Shown here: piece after piece, positions 30,240-51,644 of the stretch
Layout of the letters: every line of letters begins with the position of its first letter
How positions within the stretch are numbered: the first letter of the stretch is position 1
Assembly (NCBI RefSeq): GCF_009914755.1
Contig: NC_060948.1
Reading direction: 5' to 3' (one strand)
Origin: the human T2T-CHM13v2.0 reference genome, Homo sapiens
Length of the DNA stretch: 64,000 nucleotides
Notes under the pieces: generated by a model
Told to the model about the DNA's origin: nothing
Databases searched by the model: none
Seen by the model: the letters and a program-made list of their open reading frames with translations, nothing else
Position numbers and translations under genes: made by a program

Positions 30240-30720
30240 AACAGTTTCCTCTTGCTTCTAGGACAAAGCATCACAGACTTTGCAGCTTAAAACAATGCAC
30301 ATTTCTTTGCTTACAGTTCTGGAGGTAAGAAGTCTGAAATTAGTTTCCTGGGGCTCCCATCAAGGTGTCAGCAGGGCTGGCTTCCTTCTGGAGGCTCTAG
30401 GAGAGAAACGGTTTGCTTGACATTTCCAGCTTCTAGAGGCTGCCTACACGCCTTATTATGTAGCTGCTCCCTCCATCTTCAAAGCCAGCAGTGTAGCATC
30501 TTCCAATCTCTCTCTAACTCTGACCCTCTTGCTTCCCTCTTTCCATGATAAAGACCCATGTGATAACATTGGTCCTACCTGGGTAATCCAGTAATGTCTT
30601 CTCATCTCAAGCTCAGCTGATCAGCAACTTTCATTCCATCTGCAACCTTCATTTCCCTTGCACAGGTTCTGGGAATCAGGACATGGATATCTTTGGAGCC
30701 TGCTATTGCTTCTACCTACA
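30240..30720 (-). mobile_element. MaLR MLT1 LTR
   Basis: 'acagttctggagg', 'atcaaggtgtcagcagggctgg', 'ccagcttctagaggctgcc'. Confidence 0.8.
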
Positions 30721-31462
30721 ACTGGTGTTACAAGACTTGGCCCACTTAATCTTGCAAATTCTTTCTGCCCCTCTCCTGTGCTTAATGAGATCTGTTCTCT
30801 ATGAATGTTCAGGACCTCAGGAGTAGGGACCCCAAAGGCTGGGGGCAAAGTAGATGTGACAGGTGCCAAGCATAGGATGTGTGACCAGATTCGGTCATGT
30901 GATTACATTGTGAAGTGACCCAGGCATTTTCATTAAGAAGGAAAGTGGTTGTAGGAGGAGGAAATTGAACACAACCCACACATGGGTGGTTGGAAAATCT
31001 GAGACCTCTCGTGGGCATGCTCATCCATTTCACTCACCGGTACAGGGGAAATTCTTAGACCTGTCAGTGCAACTATTTGAAATAAACATCCAAGAAAGGC
31101 AGCAAACTTCAGGTAGGATGAAGTCAGAAGTCCACCCTGAAGCACAGTAAAAGCCACAAGACAGAAGTGACTGATCCCATCCCAGGGATCCTAAAGAAGA
31201 TTATCATCAGACTTCTCATTGGAAACTTTGGAAGTCGGAAGGCAGTAGGCTGATAAATTCAAAATGCTAAAAAAGAAAACCAATGAAAACATGCTAACCA
31301 AGAAAAAAAAATGCTACATGGCTGAAGAAATCATGCAGAAATCTTAGCAACATTTTAAATGATCCAACAAGGTCTGTTGTTTCTGCGCAAATATGGGCAA
31401 ACATGAGCTGGTATAGCTTATTTTTATGGGTGCAGGGAGCATGCAGTTATCTCCACTAGCAT

Positions 31463-31761
31463 GTTTTTGTTTGTTTGCTTTGAGATGGATTCTCACTCTG
31501 TCGCCCAGGCTGGAGTGCAGTGGCACAATCTTGGCTCACTGCAACCTCCGTCTCCCGGGTTCAAGCAGTTCCCTGCCTCAGCCTCCTGAGTAGCTAGGAT
31601 TACAGGTGCCCACCACCATGCCCAGCTAATTTTTGTATTTTTAGTAGAGATGGGGTTTCAGCATCTTGGCCAAGGCTGGTCTTGAACTCCTGACCTTGTG
31701 ATCCACTCACATCAGCCTCCCAAAGTGCTGGGATTACAGGTGTGAGCCACCGCATCCAGCC
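31463..31761 (-). mobile_element. Alu (AluS)
   Basis: Reverse Alu consensus. Confidence 0.92.
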
Positions 31762-32289
31762 TGTTTTTCTTTTCAACTCATGCATAGGTTCAGAATTTAG
31801 TTCCAGGTATGTGAGAGCTCCTTGTAGATGTTTTTCATGATGAGGCACCTGGCTTACCAGACTTTATCTGACTTCTTGCTTTATCTTCCCAACAGTTCAG
31901 CACCGTGGTGCGGTACAGGGTCCCATTAGCAGGTCTCATTTCCCACCACTGACTGAACATCAGCAGGCTCAATCCACAAGTCAGGGGCTGGGGATGTCTT
32001 GTCAAGAATTCCCTCTTTAGGGGCAGGAATGAAATTTATAACAACATCCATACTGTTTGATGGAGCCCTCTCTACATGGCAGGTGCTTTGCAAGCACTTT
32101 CAGAAAATCTGCACCAAACCTTATAGTAAGAATGATCGCTGTCATTCTACAAGTCAGAAACTTGAAGATCAGATTGGTGACATGTTCAGCTAATGCACTG
32201 CTAATAAACAGCAGAAGTGAAATTCAAATATCAAGACATTTGTCCTCAAAGTCTATGCTTGTAACTAGATTATGGCCCTGATATCCTAG

Positions 32290-32425
32290 GGGTGAATCAG
32301 TTTCAGTTTCCCTTCCTGGACCCCCAGCAAGTAGTACATGGGAATTATTGTAGTCCGCTATAGCGGGGAGCAGTGTAAACAGATAAACAAGGTTTTCCGG
32401 GGCCCTGGTTTAGGCAAATAAATCT
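32290..32425. promoter_or_regulatory. Candidate enhancer: ISRE plus FOX/GATA/ZNF143-like motif cluster
   Basis: CAGTTTCAGTTTCCC (32298-32312), TGTAAACA (32374-32381), AGATAA (32381-32386), GCAAATA (~32414) and local CpGs. Motif evidence only. Confidence 0.4.
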
Positions 32426-32989
32426 TACAACTTATCTGGCTCTTTCAAGTCGACTTCAGACTTCGCCTTGCTTTCTAGACTGTTTTGCCTAATGGAAAAT
32501 AGTGTTTGTATCTTTAGAAAATGTAATACGTGATTTTCCCCTCTCAATATTTTGCAGGTCAGAGATATTGCTTTGATCTATTTTCACATAATAATTATTA
32601 TTTGAGGTCTCAAGACCAGCATCTTCATCTGTGTGGGGCTCTGAGTTAAGGGCTTTCCAGAGACTCACTCCTGCCGTTTCTTCTAACTCCCTTGAGCAGA
32701 GGCCAGCAGTAGAGAAACTTGATAAATAACACAAGTGCTATAATCCCTGAGTCCTCTAAGAAATGAGACACAAAGGAAAGATCCAGGGACATTTTCACAG
32801 ATGTGCCCAATTCCAGTGGCCCCAGGTTTCCCACCCTGCTGTTGATATTCTGCCACCCATAGTCGTGATCATCTGGCTACAAAACAGCAGGCAAGGCTGT
32901 GCATGAGTGATGTTACAGGTGGGCTCATGGCTACATGGATGTCTGGACATGTCTAGGTGTCCATATGCAGGACCTGAGGGAAAGTGAGA

Positions 32990-33680
32990 AGGAGGGAGGG
33001 ATGGGTGAATAGATGGATAGATAAATGGATGGAAAGGTGGACGAATGGATAGATGCATGAATGGATGGTGAATTGGTGGGTAAAATGGAGGGATGGATGG
33101 GTGTTTGGATGGATATTTGGATGGATGGATGGAGGGATGGATGGGTGTTTGGATGGATATTTGGATGGATGGATGGATGGATGGATGAGTGAATGGCTGA
33201 GTGGATGGGTAGACGGATGGATGGAGAGATGGATAAGTGTTTGATGGATGAATAGACACATACATGGATGGACAGGTGTTTGGGTGGATGTGTAGGTGGA
33301 AAGGTGGATAGATAGATTGATGGGTGGATGGATAGAGGGAATGATGGATCACTGAATACATGTGTCAATGAATGGGGGATGTATCATTGGAGGGATGGGT
33401 GAGTGGTATGGTGGATGAGTAGATGAATGAGTGGGTGGATAGATGGATGGATGGATGGATGGATGGATGGATGGTAAGGTGGATGAGTAGATGGGTGGAT
33501 GGGTGGATGGATGGATGGATAGATGGATAGGTAGATAAGTAGATGATTGGATGGATGGATGCATGAATAAACAGGTTCATGGATGGGTGGATGAGTGGAT
33601 AGATGGATGGGTGGATGTGGGTGGCTGGATAGATATGTAGATAGATGCAAAGGTGAATGCAAAGAGAAGGATAGATTTAT
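32990..33680. repeat. (GGAT)n degenerate simple repeat
   Basis: Direct inspection. Confidence 0.92.
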
Positions 33681-34538
33681 GAGGATGCAAGTGAGAATTT
33701 TTCTCCTTAGGTCATCAGGGGAAAATTAAATCCTTACCCACGGAGACATCTTTCATTTGAGTCAGGCAGAGGCCCTCTTTTTCTCTCTCCTGGTGACCAG
33801 GACAAAGAGAAATGCAGGTGTAGAGAGCTCTGATCAGGGAGCCCTGCCTGCCTCCTGTCCTGGGTGACCTTTACCAAATCCTCTCCTGCGTTGGGTCTCC
33901 CTAACCTTGATTTTCAAATGGTGGCTTCAGGGCTTTGCCTTTTCTGTGTCTGTGGTTCTCTGTCATCCATCAAGTCTCCCAGGGAGCCCCTTCTTGCCTC
34001 CCCTCTGTCCCTTTGGCCCCCACTCCAGACCCCAGATTGGGTTCAGGGTTCCTCTCTAGAAGTCACTGATGGGAGCCCACACCCTGAAAATGCCTTTAGT
34101 CTTCATTCCAGCCTCTCCTCTCTGCCAAGTGAGCTGCCCTTGCTGGCAGCAGTCACTTCCTCACACAGGGGGATGCTTGTTCCAGCACACTGAGTAAGTG
34201 CTGTCTCCTGAGTGGGAATTGGCTTGGCACAGGCGACCGTATGACATTGTTTCAAAAAGTCATTCAAATTCTTTGTCTTGTACATCCTGTCTGGAAGCAC
34301 GTATATACATTCCCGCCTCCCCACTGGGCACGCTCTTACCCTTGCCCTGCCATTCTGGTGCTAGGAGCTGTTTGTGCTGTCCACTGGGTGGACAGAGACG
34401 TCTTCCCCATGAAAAGAGGAATCAGGGTTTTCATGTATCTCTTAGAAGCCGGGCATTTGGCACCGGGGCTCATGAACAGCTGATTTTTGAAGTGGTCCCA
34501 GGGAAAGCTCAGTTGGTGACTGATAAGAAGAAGGTCTG

Positions 34539-34890
<352 letters not shown>

Positions 34891-35026
34891 TCATCTTCCT
34901 TGCCCAGTGGATCTGTGGTTTCATACCCTGGGTCTCCTGAAGCTTTGGGGTTTTTCTCATTTTTTTTTCTTTGAGATGGAGTCTTTTTTCTTTATAAATT
35001 ATCCAGTCTTAGTTATTTCTTTATAG

Positions 35027-35614
<588 letters not shown>

Positions 35615-35658
35615 TGATGGATGCACCACCCATTGAGTTGATTATAAAAGGCTGATAA

Positions 35659-35980
<322 letters not shown>

Positions 35981-36236
35981 AGGCTGATAATAAGCAAATT
36001 GCTAACTGTGGGGTCTGTGACTATGGACTCTTTCTTGTGTTCAAAATAGCTTTTCTGCAGAGTTAACTGTGCAAACCCAGGACAGCAGATTCTGTTTGTG
36101 CCCTTCAAGTGGTTTAGATTTCAGATTACCAAGATAGAAAAATATGTTTGACTACCTGTCCACAGTTCTGTATTTTCAATGCTTATAATGGGACTACAAA
36201 TAAGACAACCTGAGCCTTTGTTTCCCATACCCCTGA

Positions 36237-36565
<329 letters not shown>

Positions 36566-36614
36566 TGAGCAATGTTTAAATCCTCAAAGCATCACTAGAA
36601 TTCTGATAACTGTT

Positions 36615-37275
36615 TTTACAAAGAAGGAAAGGAATCATTATTGGCAAGGATGTGGAAACATTAGAATTCTCCTACTTTGCTGGTGGGAAGTTAAAGTGGT
36701 GTAGCCACTATGGAAGGCAGTTTTATGGCTCTTCAGAAAATTAAACACAGAATTACCAAGTGATGTAGCAATCCTACTTCTACCTAATACCTAAAGATAC
36801 TGAAAACAAATGTGTAAACAGAAATTTGTACACAAATGTATGTAGCAATATCCAAAATGCCAAAAGGTGAAAACAGTCTGATGTCCATCTAATACTAAAT
36901 GGATAAACCCCATGTGTTCCATCCATACAATGGAATATTATTCAGCCACGAAAAGGAATGAAACAGTCATATGCTACAACATGAATGAACCTTGAAGACA
37001 TTATGCTAAGTGCAGAAAGAGAGACACAAAAGGTCACATATTGTAGGAGTCCATTTATATAAAATGTCCAGAATAGTTAAAGCCATCAAGACAGAAATTG
37101 AACTCATGGTTGCTTAGGGCTGGGGGCAGGGAAAATGAACAGTGATTACTTGATAGGTACGAAGTTTCCTTTGGCGGTGATGGCAGGGTTCTGGAACTAG
37201 ATAGCGGTGATGGTGGCATAACACTGTGGATGTAGTCAATGCGCCTGAATTGTTCACTTAAAAATGGTAAAAACG
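36615..37275 (+). mobile_element. L1M (L1MB-like) 3' fragment, tail resumes at ~37900-37950 after two Alus
   Basis: 'atccatacaatggaatattattcagcca', 'gaaccttgaagacattatgctaagtg', 'cacttaaaaatggtaaaa'. Confidence 0.88.
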
Positions 37276-37885
<610 letters not shown>

Positions 37886-39204
37886 ACATATGTACACAAA
37901 TGAAAAGGTTAAATGATGAAATTAATGTTATGGGTATTTTTCCACAACAACATGCTTCCCCACAGAAATCTCAGTGGAGAAGACAGGAGTGTGGCAGACC
38001 AACATGCTTCTGGAGCTCCACAAAGCTGTCCCTTTAATTGGCAGCACGCCTGGTAAAGGCTGTTTGCTTTGTGGACGTTGACCTCCACCTGCTGGCCCAG
38101 TGACTCCTGCTATCTTCATTTTGTCCAGTTCACCTCTCAGTCCCCAGAGCCGTACAACCATCTATAGGTTCTTGCTTCTCCCTTTTCCCCTAGAAGCATC
38201 TCCTGGGAATCACCCCTGACCAAAAGCCCCAGGCACCTCTCCAAGACCCCCTACAGAAGCCTAAACAGCCCTTACATTCATTGCCTTTGGACCTACCCGA
38301 AGTCAACAAGTTCCAAACTCGTCAGAAACTGGGAGGAGTCTCAGCCCCAAATCAATAGCAGCCGTTGTCAGCTCCTCCCAGCTCAAAGTCCCCCAGAGAT
38401 CGGTTCCCTGGTCTGAGTCAGGAACGAGAGACTGAAAAGCATGGGGATCTGGTGCTTTTTCTTCGTAGGGTTAGTCGCTTTCCCCACCAAAAAACCTACC
38501 AACTGAAAGATCACTGATTGGATGGGTCAACCAGCCTCAGCTACCAGATGTCTTTGAGATGGGGAGCCAGCCCCCTAAAGCTGAGTCTCTGTGTGTGGCT
38601 TCCAAATACCTGGTCCCCTGGGTGCAGACAGAAGAGAGGACGCAGAGGCTGGACATCTCCCAGAGGAGGGGGAGACTGGCTGGTCACCAGATAATCTTGC
38701 TTCCCTCTCTGATGTCATAGGAACATGAACAGACTTGGAGATGCTGATTGAAAGTACATGTCACCTGAAGGAGACATTGGTTCCAGAGCCATTAATTCCT
38801 AACCTCCTACCATACTCTCTGCATGGTGGAAGATGCCAGAACATTCTCAGAGCTTGAGAAAAAAGGGGAATTGAGAGAAGGGACGGGGGTCAAGAGATAG
38901 AGAAGGTGAGAGGAATGTGAGAGAAGCAGGGGACGGAGGAGAAGAGAGGAAGGATAACTCAGAAGCTCAGGTCTAACTTCACCCCACTCCCCTTAGGACC
39001 CCCCCACTCTAACTGTTGTTTCTGAGAGTTCCTGGGGGCCACCCATAAACAATGAGGTTAAATGTAAATGGAAGGGCAGGACTCTGTTGAAGTCTGCAGA
39101 AGGTACCCTGTTGGCTGCATAGTCACCAGCTCTCATGACCCAAAGAGGAGAGTGAGCAGGTGACTGGATCATCAGTGAGGGTAAATCTGGAAGACAGAAT
39201 TGGA

Positions 39205-39340
39205 GCCAGGTGCAGTGGCTCACAACTGTAACCCCAGCACCTTTGGAGGCCAAGGTAGAAGGAGCACTTGAGCCTCAGGAGTTTGAGACCAGCCTGGGCA
39301 ACATAGCCAGACCCTGTCTCTACAAATAATTTTTAAAAAT
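39205..39340 (+). mobile_element. FLAM / Alu left monomer
   Basis: Single Alu arm. Confidence 0.85.
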
Positions 39341-40378
39341 TCATTGAAGGATTTCTAAAGACCACTTGAGTGGTTTATGTCTCCTGGAGTCAGAACCCAG
39401 GGAGGATTTTTGCTGAAATACCAAAGCCGCAGGGAGCATGAATAGAGATGTTCAGACAGAAATTAAGTTTGAAGAAATAGACTTTGGCAGAGAGGCACGT
39501 GGCCACAGACAAGAACTCATCATGCATTCATTCTTTCACTCACTCAGCAAACATTAAATGGACTCTGTCTAACTGCATTTCCCTCTCTTGACAAGAGGGA
39601 TACATCGGAGAGAGACAGGCTGAAGGAATGTAGAGTTGATATTGGACCTGGGAGCTTTCCAAAGGCACTGTGCTCTCCTGTGCCCTTCTTCGCATCCCAG
39701 TCTCTACGATGTTGACCGTGTTCGTGGGTTTCACATTGCTGTTGACATACCAGAAAGAATATGCATGAACCACAGTGACAAATGTCATTCATAATCATTT
39801 TCAGCACAGAATAACCTACAGAAATGTCTTCTGTGTACCTTCCCCTGCAATATTTTGTGATTCTGATGCAACTGGAGACAAAACATCTCTTATCCATGGC
39901 CTCTCTTGAATCAATTTTATCTCCAATCTGCCTTTTCATGGGTACTCTAACAAGAAAGCAAACAAGGAAAGTTCAGCTGGTCTAGCAGTTCTGAGACAGC
40001 AAATTATCTCACTGTTGATGTGGACAAAGAGCCTCTTGCAGAAAGACTATACTTAACTCTGAGAATCTGGGTCCCAGCTTTTTTTTTTTTAATCCAGAGA
40101 GACGTAAATCTGAAAGAATCTGAGTCCCAGCCGAGCTGAGAGAGGAGTAAAATCACGGAGGCATGCCTCCACTCAGAACACATCATTATCGTGCTTTTAT
40201 ATGGAAGGCACAGCCATTCACTCATTGTCCGATAGACGTTTCCATTGAACGTTGGATCTCTTCAAACCAAGTGTCTGCAAACATGATGGGTTTTGCACTG
40301 ATGCTGAGGATGAATCCAACAGGAAAGATACAGAGAAACATCACATTGCACCCCAGAGACATATGCAATTATTGTTTA

Positions 40379-40723
<345 letters not shown>

Positions 40724-42284
40724 TCATTTTAATTATTTCTGCTTTAAGTTTATTATTTAAATGGTATCTCAAACGAAGAAGGCTGGCCACTCGTTCCCTC
40801 TTCTGTTACCCTATCATTGGAGGTTTTGTTCTTTGCCTTGGTATGTTGAGAGAACCCAGAGGTCTGTGAGTAAAATTCCGGGGTTTTGTCAACTCAGATG
40901 GGACAAAGTCTACATCTCTGGGTTCACTCACTTGTAACTGAAATTCAGCATTGCCTGTGGACATAGGCAACATCCCACAACAATGTTAGTCTTGCCTGTA
41001 GATTTCTCACCAACCATTATCACAAATACTTTCCTATCCCTGTACAGGAGTTGCAGATGAAATATCCTTTATGCTCATGACCACTTCAGCGTTACTGTGC
41101 ATCTTGGACCTGCCTCAAATTATTTTAATCTTATGAATATCTAATGCATTACTGTGTTTCCATTGCACAAAATAAAACAATGACTTAGCAGTTGCCCAGG
41201 CGAGGGGAACCACTTCCAACAGGTGGGACTAATCATTCAGGGTTTTCGAAAGTTCTCTGTGTAGTTGGATTTTAAGCTCCTGAGTTAATCTGATAGAACT
41301 TTCTCATCTGGTTTTAAGAAGTGTGGTTAATGGGGATCTCTTGACTGTAGAATCAGTTTTAAAACACCACATTTACTTCTGACAGTAGGTAAATTTTACC
41401 TTGGGCAGAATTGTATGGCCTTGGTGGTAGTTAGTATAAATTAGTATGAATTAACTTGGGCATATGTGAAAATTACTATAGCATAAATTAATGAAGGCCT
41501 ATGTGAAATTTTGCAATTATTTTCTATATTCACCTAAAATGGCATTGCACTGGAAATATAGTATGCTTCTTTTGTGATTTCTACATATCTCTGTTTTTTT
41601 CTCATATCAGATTCTACTTTACCCCTCAGTGACAGTCATTTTACACCCCTCTCTGTCTCAATGTCCGAGGCACCCTGGGACCATCCTGGCTGGAAGGCAT
41701 AGTGACATTGCTGGCCTGAGCTGAAGTGCCGATTAAAATAAATTGAAAGCTGAATTACCTTATGAACAGCTGCTTTACCCAGGAACAAATGTGGAGAGGA
41801 ACTCCTTGAAACTGTGTTCTCAAGTAGACCACTTTTGAGAAATTATACATTTATCATAACATCTCAAGTCCTGCTCTACATAGAATGACCATTATTATCA
41901 AGAAAAGTTCTCCATTCCCTGTAATTCATAAGGCAATGCAGGCCTAACCAGAAAACAGGAACTGCGACAACCTTGCATCAGACACATTCGATCTCTCTAT
42001 TCATAGTTGCATTCTCTTTTTTTTTGTTTACAAAGCCAATCACCAATAACTCGGAAAACAAAAACAAAAAAAAAAAAAATGAACACATTGTTGAGCTCGC
42101 TTCTGAGAAAGATTCTGCATTGTGAATGTCAGGATTCCACATTTCTGAAGCACCTTTGCTCCTCCAGAAAGCATATCTCTAGTTTCATGGTGATACGAGA
42201 GAGAAATGACAATTGTCTGTATTATCAGGATGGCCCATTGTGCTCTGTGGATCTCAATCAATGTGGACATCAGCCATGATCAAG

Positions 42285-42859
42285 CTCTTTCTTTTCTCTC
42301 TCTCTCCTTCCTTCCTTCCCCCTTCCCCTCCCCTCCCCCTTTCCCTTTCCTTTACCTTGTTTCTTGCTTCCCTTCCCCCTCCCCTTCCCTTCCCTCCTCT
42401 CTCCTCCTCCCTCCCCCCTTCCCCCTCCCCTTCCCTTCCCCCTCCCCTTCCCCTCCCCCTCCCCTTCCCCCTCCCCTTCCCTTCCCTCCTCTCTCCTCCT
42501 CCCTCCCCCCTTCCCCCTCCCCTTCCCTTCCCCCTCCCCTTCCCTTCCCCCTCCCCTTCCCTTCCCCCTCCCCTTCCCTTCCCCCTCCCCTTCCCTTCCC
42601 CCTCCCCTTCCCTTCCCCCTCCCCTTCCTTCCCCTTCCCTTCCCCCTCCCCTTCCCTTCCCTCCCCTCTCCCCTTCCCTTCCCTCCCCTCTCCCCTTCCC
42701 TTCCCTCCCCTCTCCCCTTCCCTCCCCCCTCCCCTTCCCCCTCCCCTTCCCCCTCCCCTTCCTCCTTCCCTCCCCCCTCCCCTTCCCTCCCATTCCTCCT
42801 CTCTCCCCCTCCCCTACCCCCTCCCCTTCCCTCCACTTCTGTCCCCCTTCCCTTTTCTT

Positions 42860-42880
<21 letters not shown>
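42285..42880. repeat. ~590-bp polypyrimidine/polypurine tract (CCCCTT/CCCTT-type)
   Basis: Almost purely C/T; adjoins the tail of a minus-strand AluJ. Confidence 0.95.
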
Positions 42881-44298
<1,418 letters not shown>

Positions 44299-44741
44299 AA
44301 CCATGTTTCTATACAAGCGTCCCAGACCCTGGAGATGACAGCAGACCAGAGAGTGATTGAACTATGCAGAGTCCCAGTCCCACCTCCCAAATCCCTTCTC
44401 CTCTCTCCTTTGCCCACCTACTACCCCCCACCTTAAAAAACACCCTGTATCAATACCCGGTAGGGCCAGAGGCATTATTTGAGGCTCTTCATTATTTTCT
44501 GAGACATCAATAGACTACGTGTTGGCAGAATAATTGACTTTGCAATTTACATTGGTGATATAGGAGGGACAGATCCTGCTTCTCGGAAACCTCCATGATT
44601 TGCCCATGTGCCTGCGTCCTCCTTTGCAGGTGCGGTGTTTGGGAAGGAGCAGTGAGCCACAGGGGGATGGGAGCCCAAGGTGTGGCCCTGCAGGGAGGGT
44701 CCAATGGCCCATGAGTGTGGGTGATTCAAGAATGTCAGACT

Positions 44742-45047
44742 GGCTGGGCACGGCGGCTCACTCCTGTAATCTCAGCACTTTGGGAGGCCAAGGCAGGCAG
44801 ATTACCTGAGGTCGGGAGTTGGAGACCATCCTGGCCACGATGGTGAAACCCTGTCTCGACTAAAAATACAAAAATTAGCTAAGTGTAGTAGCAGGTGCCT
44901 GTAATCCTAGCTACTTGGGAGGCTGAGGCAGGGAAGTGCTTGAACCCAGGAGGTGGAGGTTGCAGTGAGCCAAGATCATGCTACTGCACTCCAGCCTGGG
45001 CAACAGGGTGAGACTCCATCTCAAAAAAAAAAAAAAAAAAAAAAAAA
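44742..45047 (+). mobile_element. Alu (AluS)
   Basis: Alu consensus with polyA. Confidence 0.92.
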
Positions 45048-45049
45048 GA

Positions 45050-47100
<2,051 letters not shown>

Positions 47101-47245
47101 AAATAGTCCTCATCATTGTGACTGGCTCAGGCTAAACACATACACTATTTTTATTTCTGCAGTTACTCTTCTATTTCTGTGCTACGTCTTAAAATTATCC
47201 ATTGCAAATGGCATGTAGCTTTGAAAATATAAACTTGCCACCTGA

Positions 47246-47577
<332 letters not shown>

Positions 47578-48157
47578 TCCGTCATAGTTTCTAAAACACC
47601 CACGCCACAACAGTAATCTTGACTCAACTTCAGCTCCTCATCCTGTGTCTAAGCCAAGTTTAGCCGAAGAAAACATCTGCCAAGAAAGTAAAAACAAAAA
47701 CATCTGCCAAAGGCAAGAACCCGGTGGGAAGCCCCCTGAGCCCAGTGGCCTGCAGAGTCTGTTCTAGTGACAAAGCAGGCAACTGGAAGAGATCAGGGCT
47801 GCGAGACAGCGTGGGTGGGTTTTTATCTGCTGCTTCTGTAAATTCATTGCATGATACGTCTGTTTTTCAGAGGTCCCAAAGCAAAGAAACAAAGCCCCAC
47901 AGAGTTCACCCAGAGGGAAGGCCTTCATTGGATCAGGCTATAAGAGAAGGACTCTCCCCTGAGAAAGATAAATACTTATTTTGGGGCCGTGTTTAGAGAA
48001 AAAGGAAGAACGATGGCTTTACCATAGAAACATTTACTTATTTTGTGATTTGAAAATGGACTTTTATGTTTTAGGAATTATGTGGACGGGATGTTTTCTT
48101 GGGTGATCGATTTGAAATTGCAGAGGGGAGCAGGTGCCATGTGCTGGCAATGGCCAG

Positions 48158-48305
48158 CCTTCCTTCCTTCCTTCCTTCCTCCATTCCTCCTACCCCCCGT
48201 TTCTTCCTTCTTTCTCTCTCTTTCTTTCCTTTTCTCTTTCTTTCTTTCTTTTTCTTTCTTTTCTTTCTTTCTTTCTCTCTCTCTCTTTCTCTCTCTCTCT
48301 CTTTC
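48158..48305. repeat. (CCTT)5 plus CT/TTTC simple repeat
   Basis: Direct inspection. Confidence 0.9.
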
Positions 48306-48539
48306 ATTTTGTTTGTTTTAATGAGTGAGAGTAAAGAGAAAGAAAAGAACTGTTTTTATTTTTTGTCTACCTTTATTGTAAGGAGAGAGTGAGGATACCA
48401 TGCCACACATGCAGGGTCCTGAGCAGAGGGCTGCACCCTGCTTAGTTCTAAAGACACCTAGACTTTATCCTGAAAGCCACTGAGAGGCCCATATTTTGAA
48501 ACACTCAGCCTCTCAGAAGAGGATAGAATGGGTTGCCAG

Positions 48540-49070
48540 TGTAATAGGGAGAGAAATCGAACATAGCTGACTCCATCTTGCTTCTGACTCCTCAAGCTAA
48601 CTGCTTTTAGGCACTTCTGCACACGGGCCAAGTTAATCATGGAAAGAACTTAGATTACAGTTTAACTGGAAAGCAAGGATGATAAGAGTTCCTTTCCAAA
48701 ACTAACCTCTGAGGAGATAAGAAGGGCATGCACACAAGTAACAATGTTATATTGAAGACTTGTAGGAGCGCTGTGACCTGAGCAAGGACAAAGTTTTGCA
48801 ATCTCCTTGGGCCCCTGCTGATGCCCAAGTGTCTGTGGTCACCAGCCACCCCCCTCACCTCAGTCTCCTCCTTGTTCCCCTTCAGTGTACCCCTTCAATG
48901 TACAAAGAAGCTTGAGATTCATGCCTTTAAAGATGGTTCGTTAGGACATGGGTCCAGTATCTTCCTGACTTGCTGGCTCTCCAAATAAAGATGCTTTTCT
49001 TGCTCTAACTTTTTGTCTCGTGAATCATTGGCTGTTATGCAGTGAGCCTCAGGAACTTTGGACTCCACAG
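48540..49070 (+). mobile_element. ERV1 solo LTR (LTR8/MER4-group-like)
   Basis: 'aacatagctgactccatcttgcttct', AATAAA at ~48984. Confidence 0.7.
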
Positions 49071-49099
49071 CACCAGGACAACTCTCAGGACTCCCAGTC

Positions 49100-49250
49100 T
49101 CTATTGGGTGCAGGAATCACTGGGGAGTCTGGCTGAAGTGCAGACTCTGATTGAGGAGGCCTGGGACACGAGGCCTGAGATTCTGCATCTCCAGTAAGCA
49201 CCAAGGGGATGTTGATGCTGCTGATCCAGGGACCACACCTTGGAGAGCAA
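49100..49250. mobile_element. MER5-type DNA transposon relic
   Basis: 'ggcctgagattctgcat', 'gatgctgctgatccagggaccacac'. Confidence 0.75.
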
Positions 49251-49736
49251 TGCTGAGAAGCTGGTGGAAGAGCCCAGGCTCATGAAGATCTGAACATGGT
49301 CCATAGCAGGGAGGTTGGGGAAATGAGATAAAAATGTTAAAAATGGCAGTTACCTTCCTGGAGAAGAAATGGCTTTTCCATTCCTTATTAGGCTCATGTC
49401 TTTGGAACTAGCCCCCACTGGTCTCCTTCCTGTTATATACCTGCAGTTACCATGTTCTTGTTAAGGAAGAATGGCAAATGCAAAAAAAAAAAAAAAAAAA
49501 GAGGAAGTTGATCATGTTTGGTTGCTTTTGGTCATCACAATAAATAAATAAAATCTGAGATTTCCCCCTGACTTTGCAAATGTTTTCTTCCAAGGAGAGC
49601 AACAGACATGTGTCAGCCTTATTGGATTTCTTTGGTTCCCGAACAGCCTGCCATGAGGTATGAAGGACACATGACCTTTTATGTAATTGGTGAGACCCAA
49701 TGTCTTCCAGATGTTGGGTGTCTCATCCCAGTGTGA

Positions 49737-50087
<351 letters not shown>

Positions 50088-50152
50088 TAACCTAGATGTT
50101 GGTTCTTAATTTATCTTGAGTAAAAGTTGTCTTTGCTAATATGAATTTTTAA

Positions 50153-50538
<386 letters not shown>

Positions 50539-50814
50539 CAGAAAAGGTGATTTTAAAGGCAAAGAAGCGAGATGACTTGAGTAACGGTGTTCCCCATGCA
50601 TGGTTATTAACAAATGTTTCCTGACTGCTTACCTGTCAAAAACATTGAACAGGTAGAATGTGTGGTCCCAGGAGGTGACAAACTTCCTATTTTAAATGAA
50701 ATATTTCAAAACAGATTAGACGTCCAAGTCAAAGGGGTGATAAGGAATTTCATGGGAGTTCAATGATCTTTTAAAAAAAAATGATTGTAAGCCTATTAGG
50801 AATTAGCATATAAA

Positions 50815-51625
<811 letters not shown>

Positions 51626-51644
51626 TTAGAATGTGTCTCATCTC

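Noticed and set aside
38081-38098. CTCF-like GGGCCAGCAGGTGGAGGT (minus strand)
   Set aside because: Imperfect 3' half; cannot be distinguished from chance without ChIP data.
39540-39939. Non-repeat minus-strand ORFs of 82 and 131 aa
   Set aside because: No recognisable homology or exon structure.
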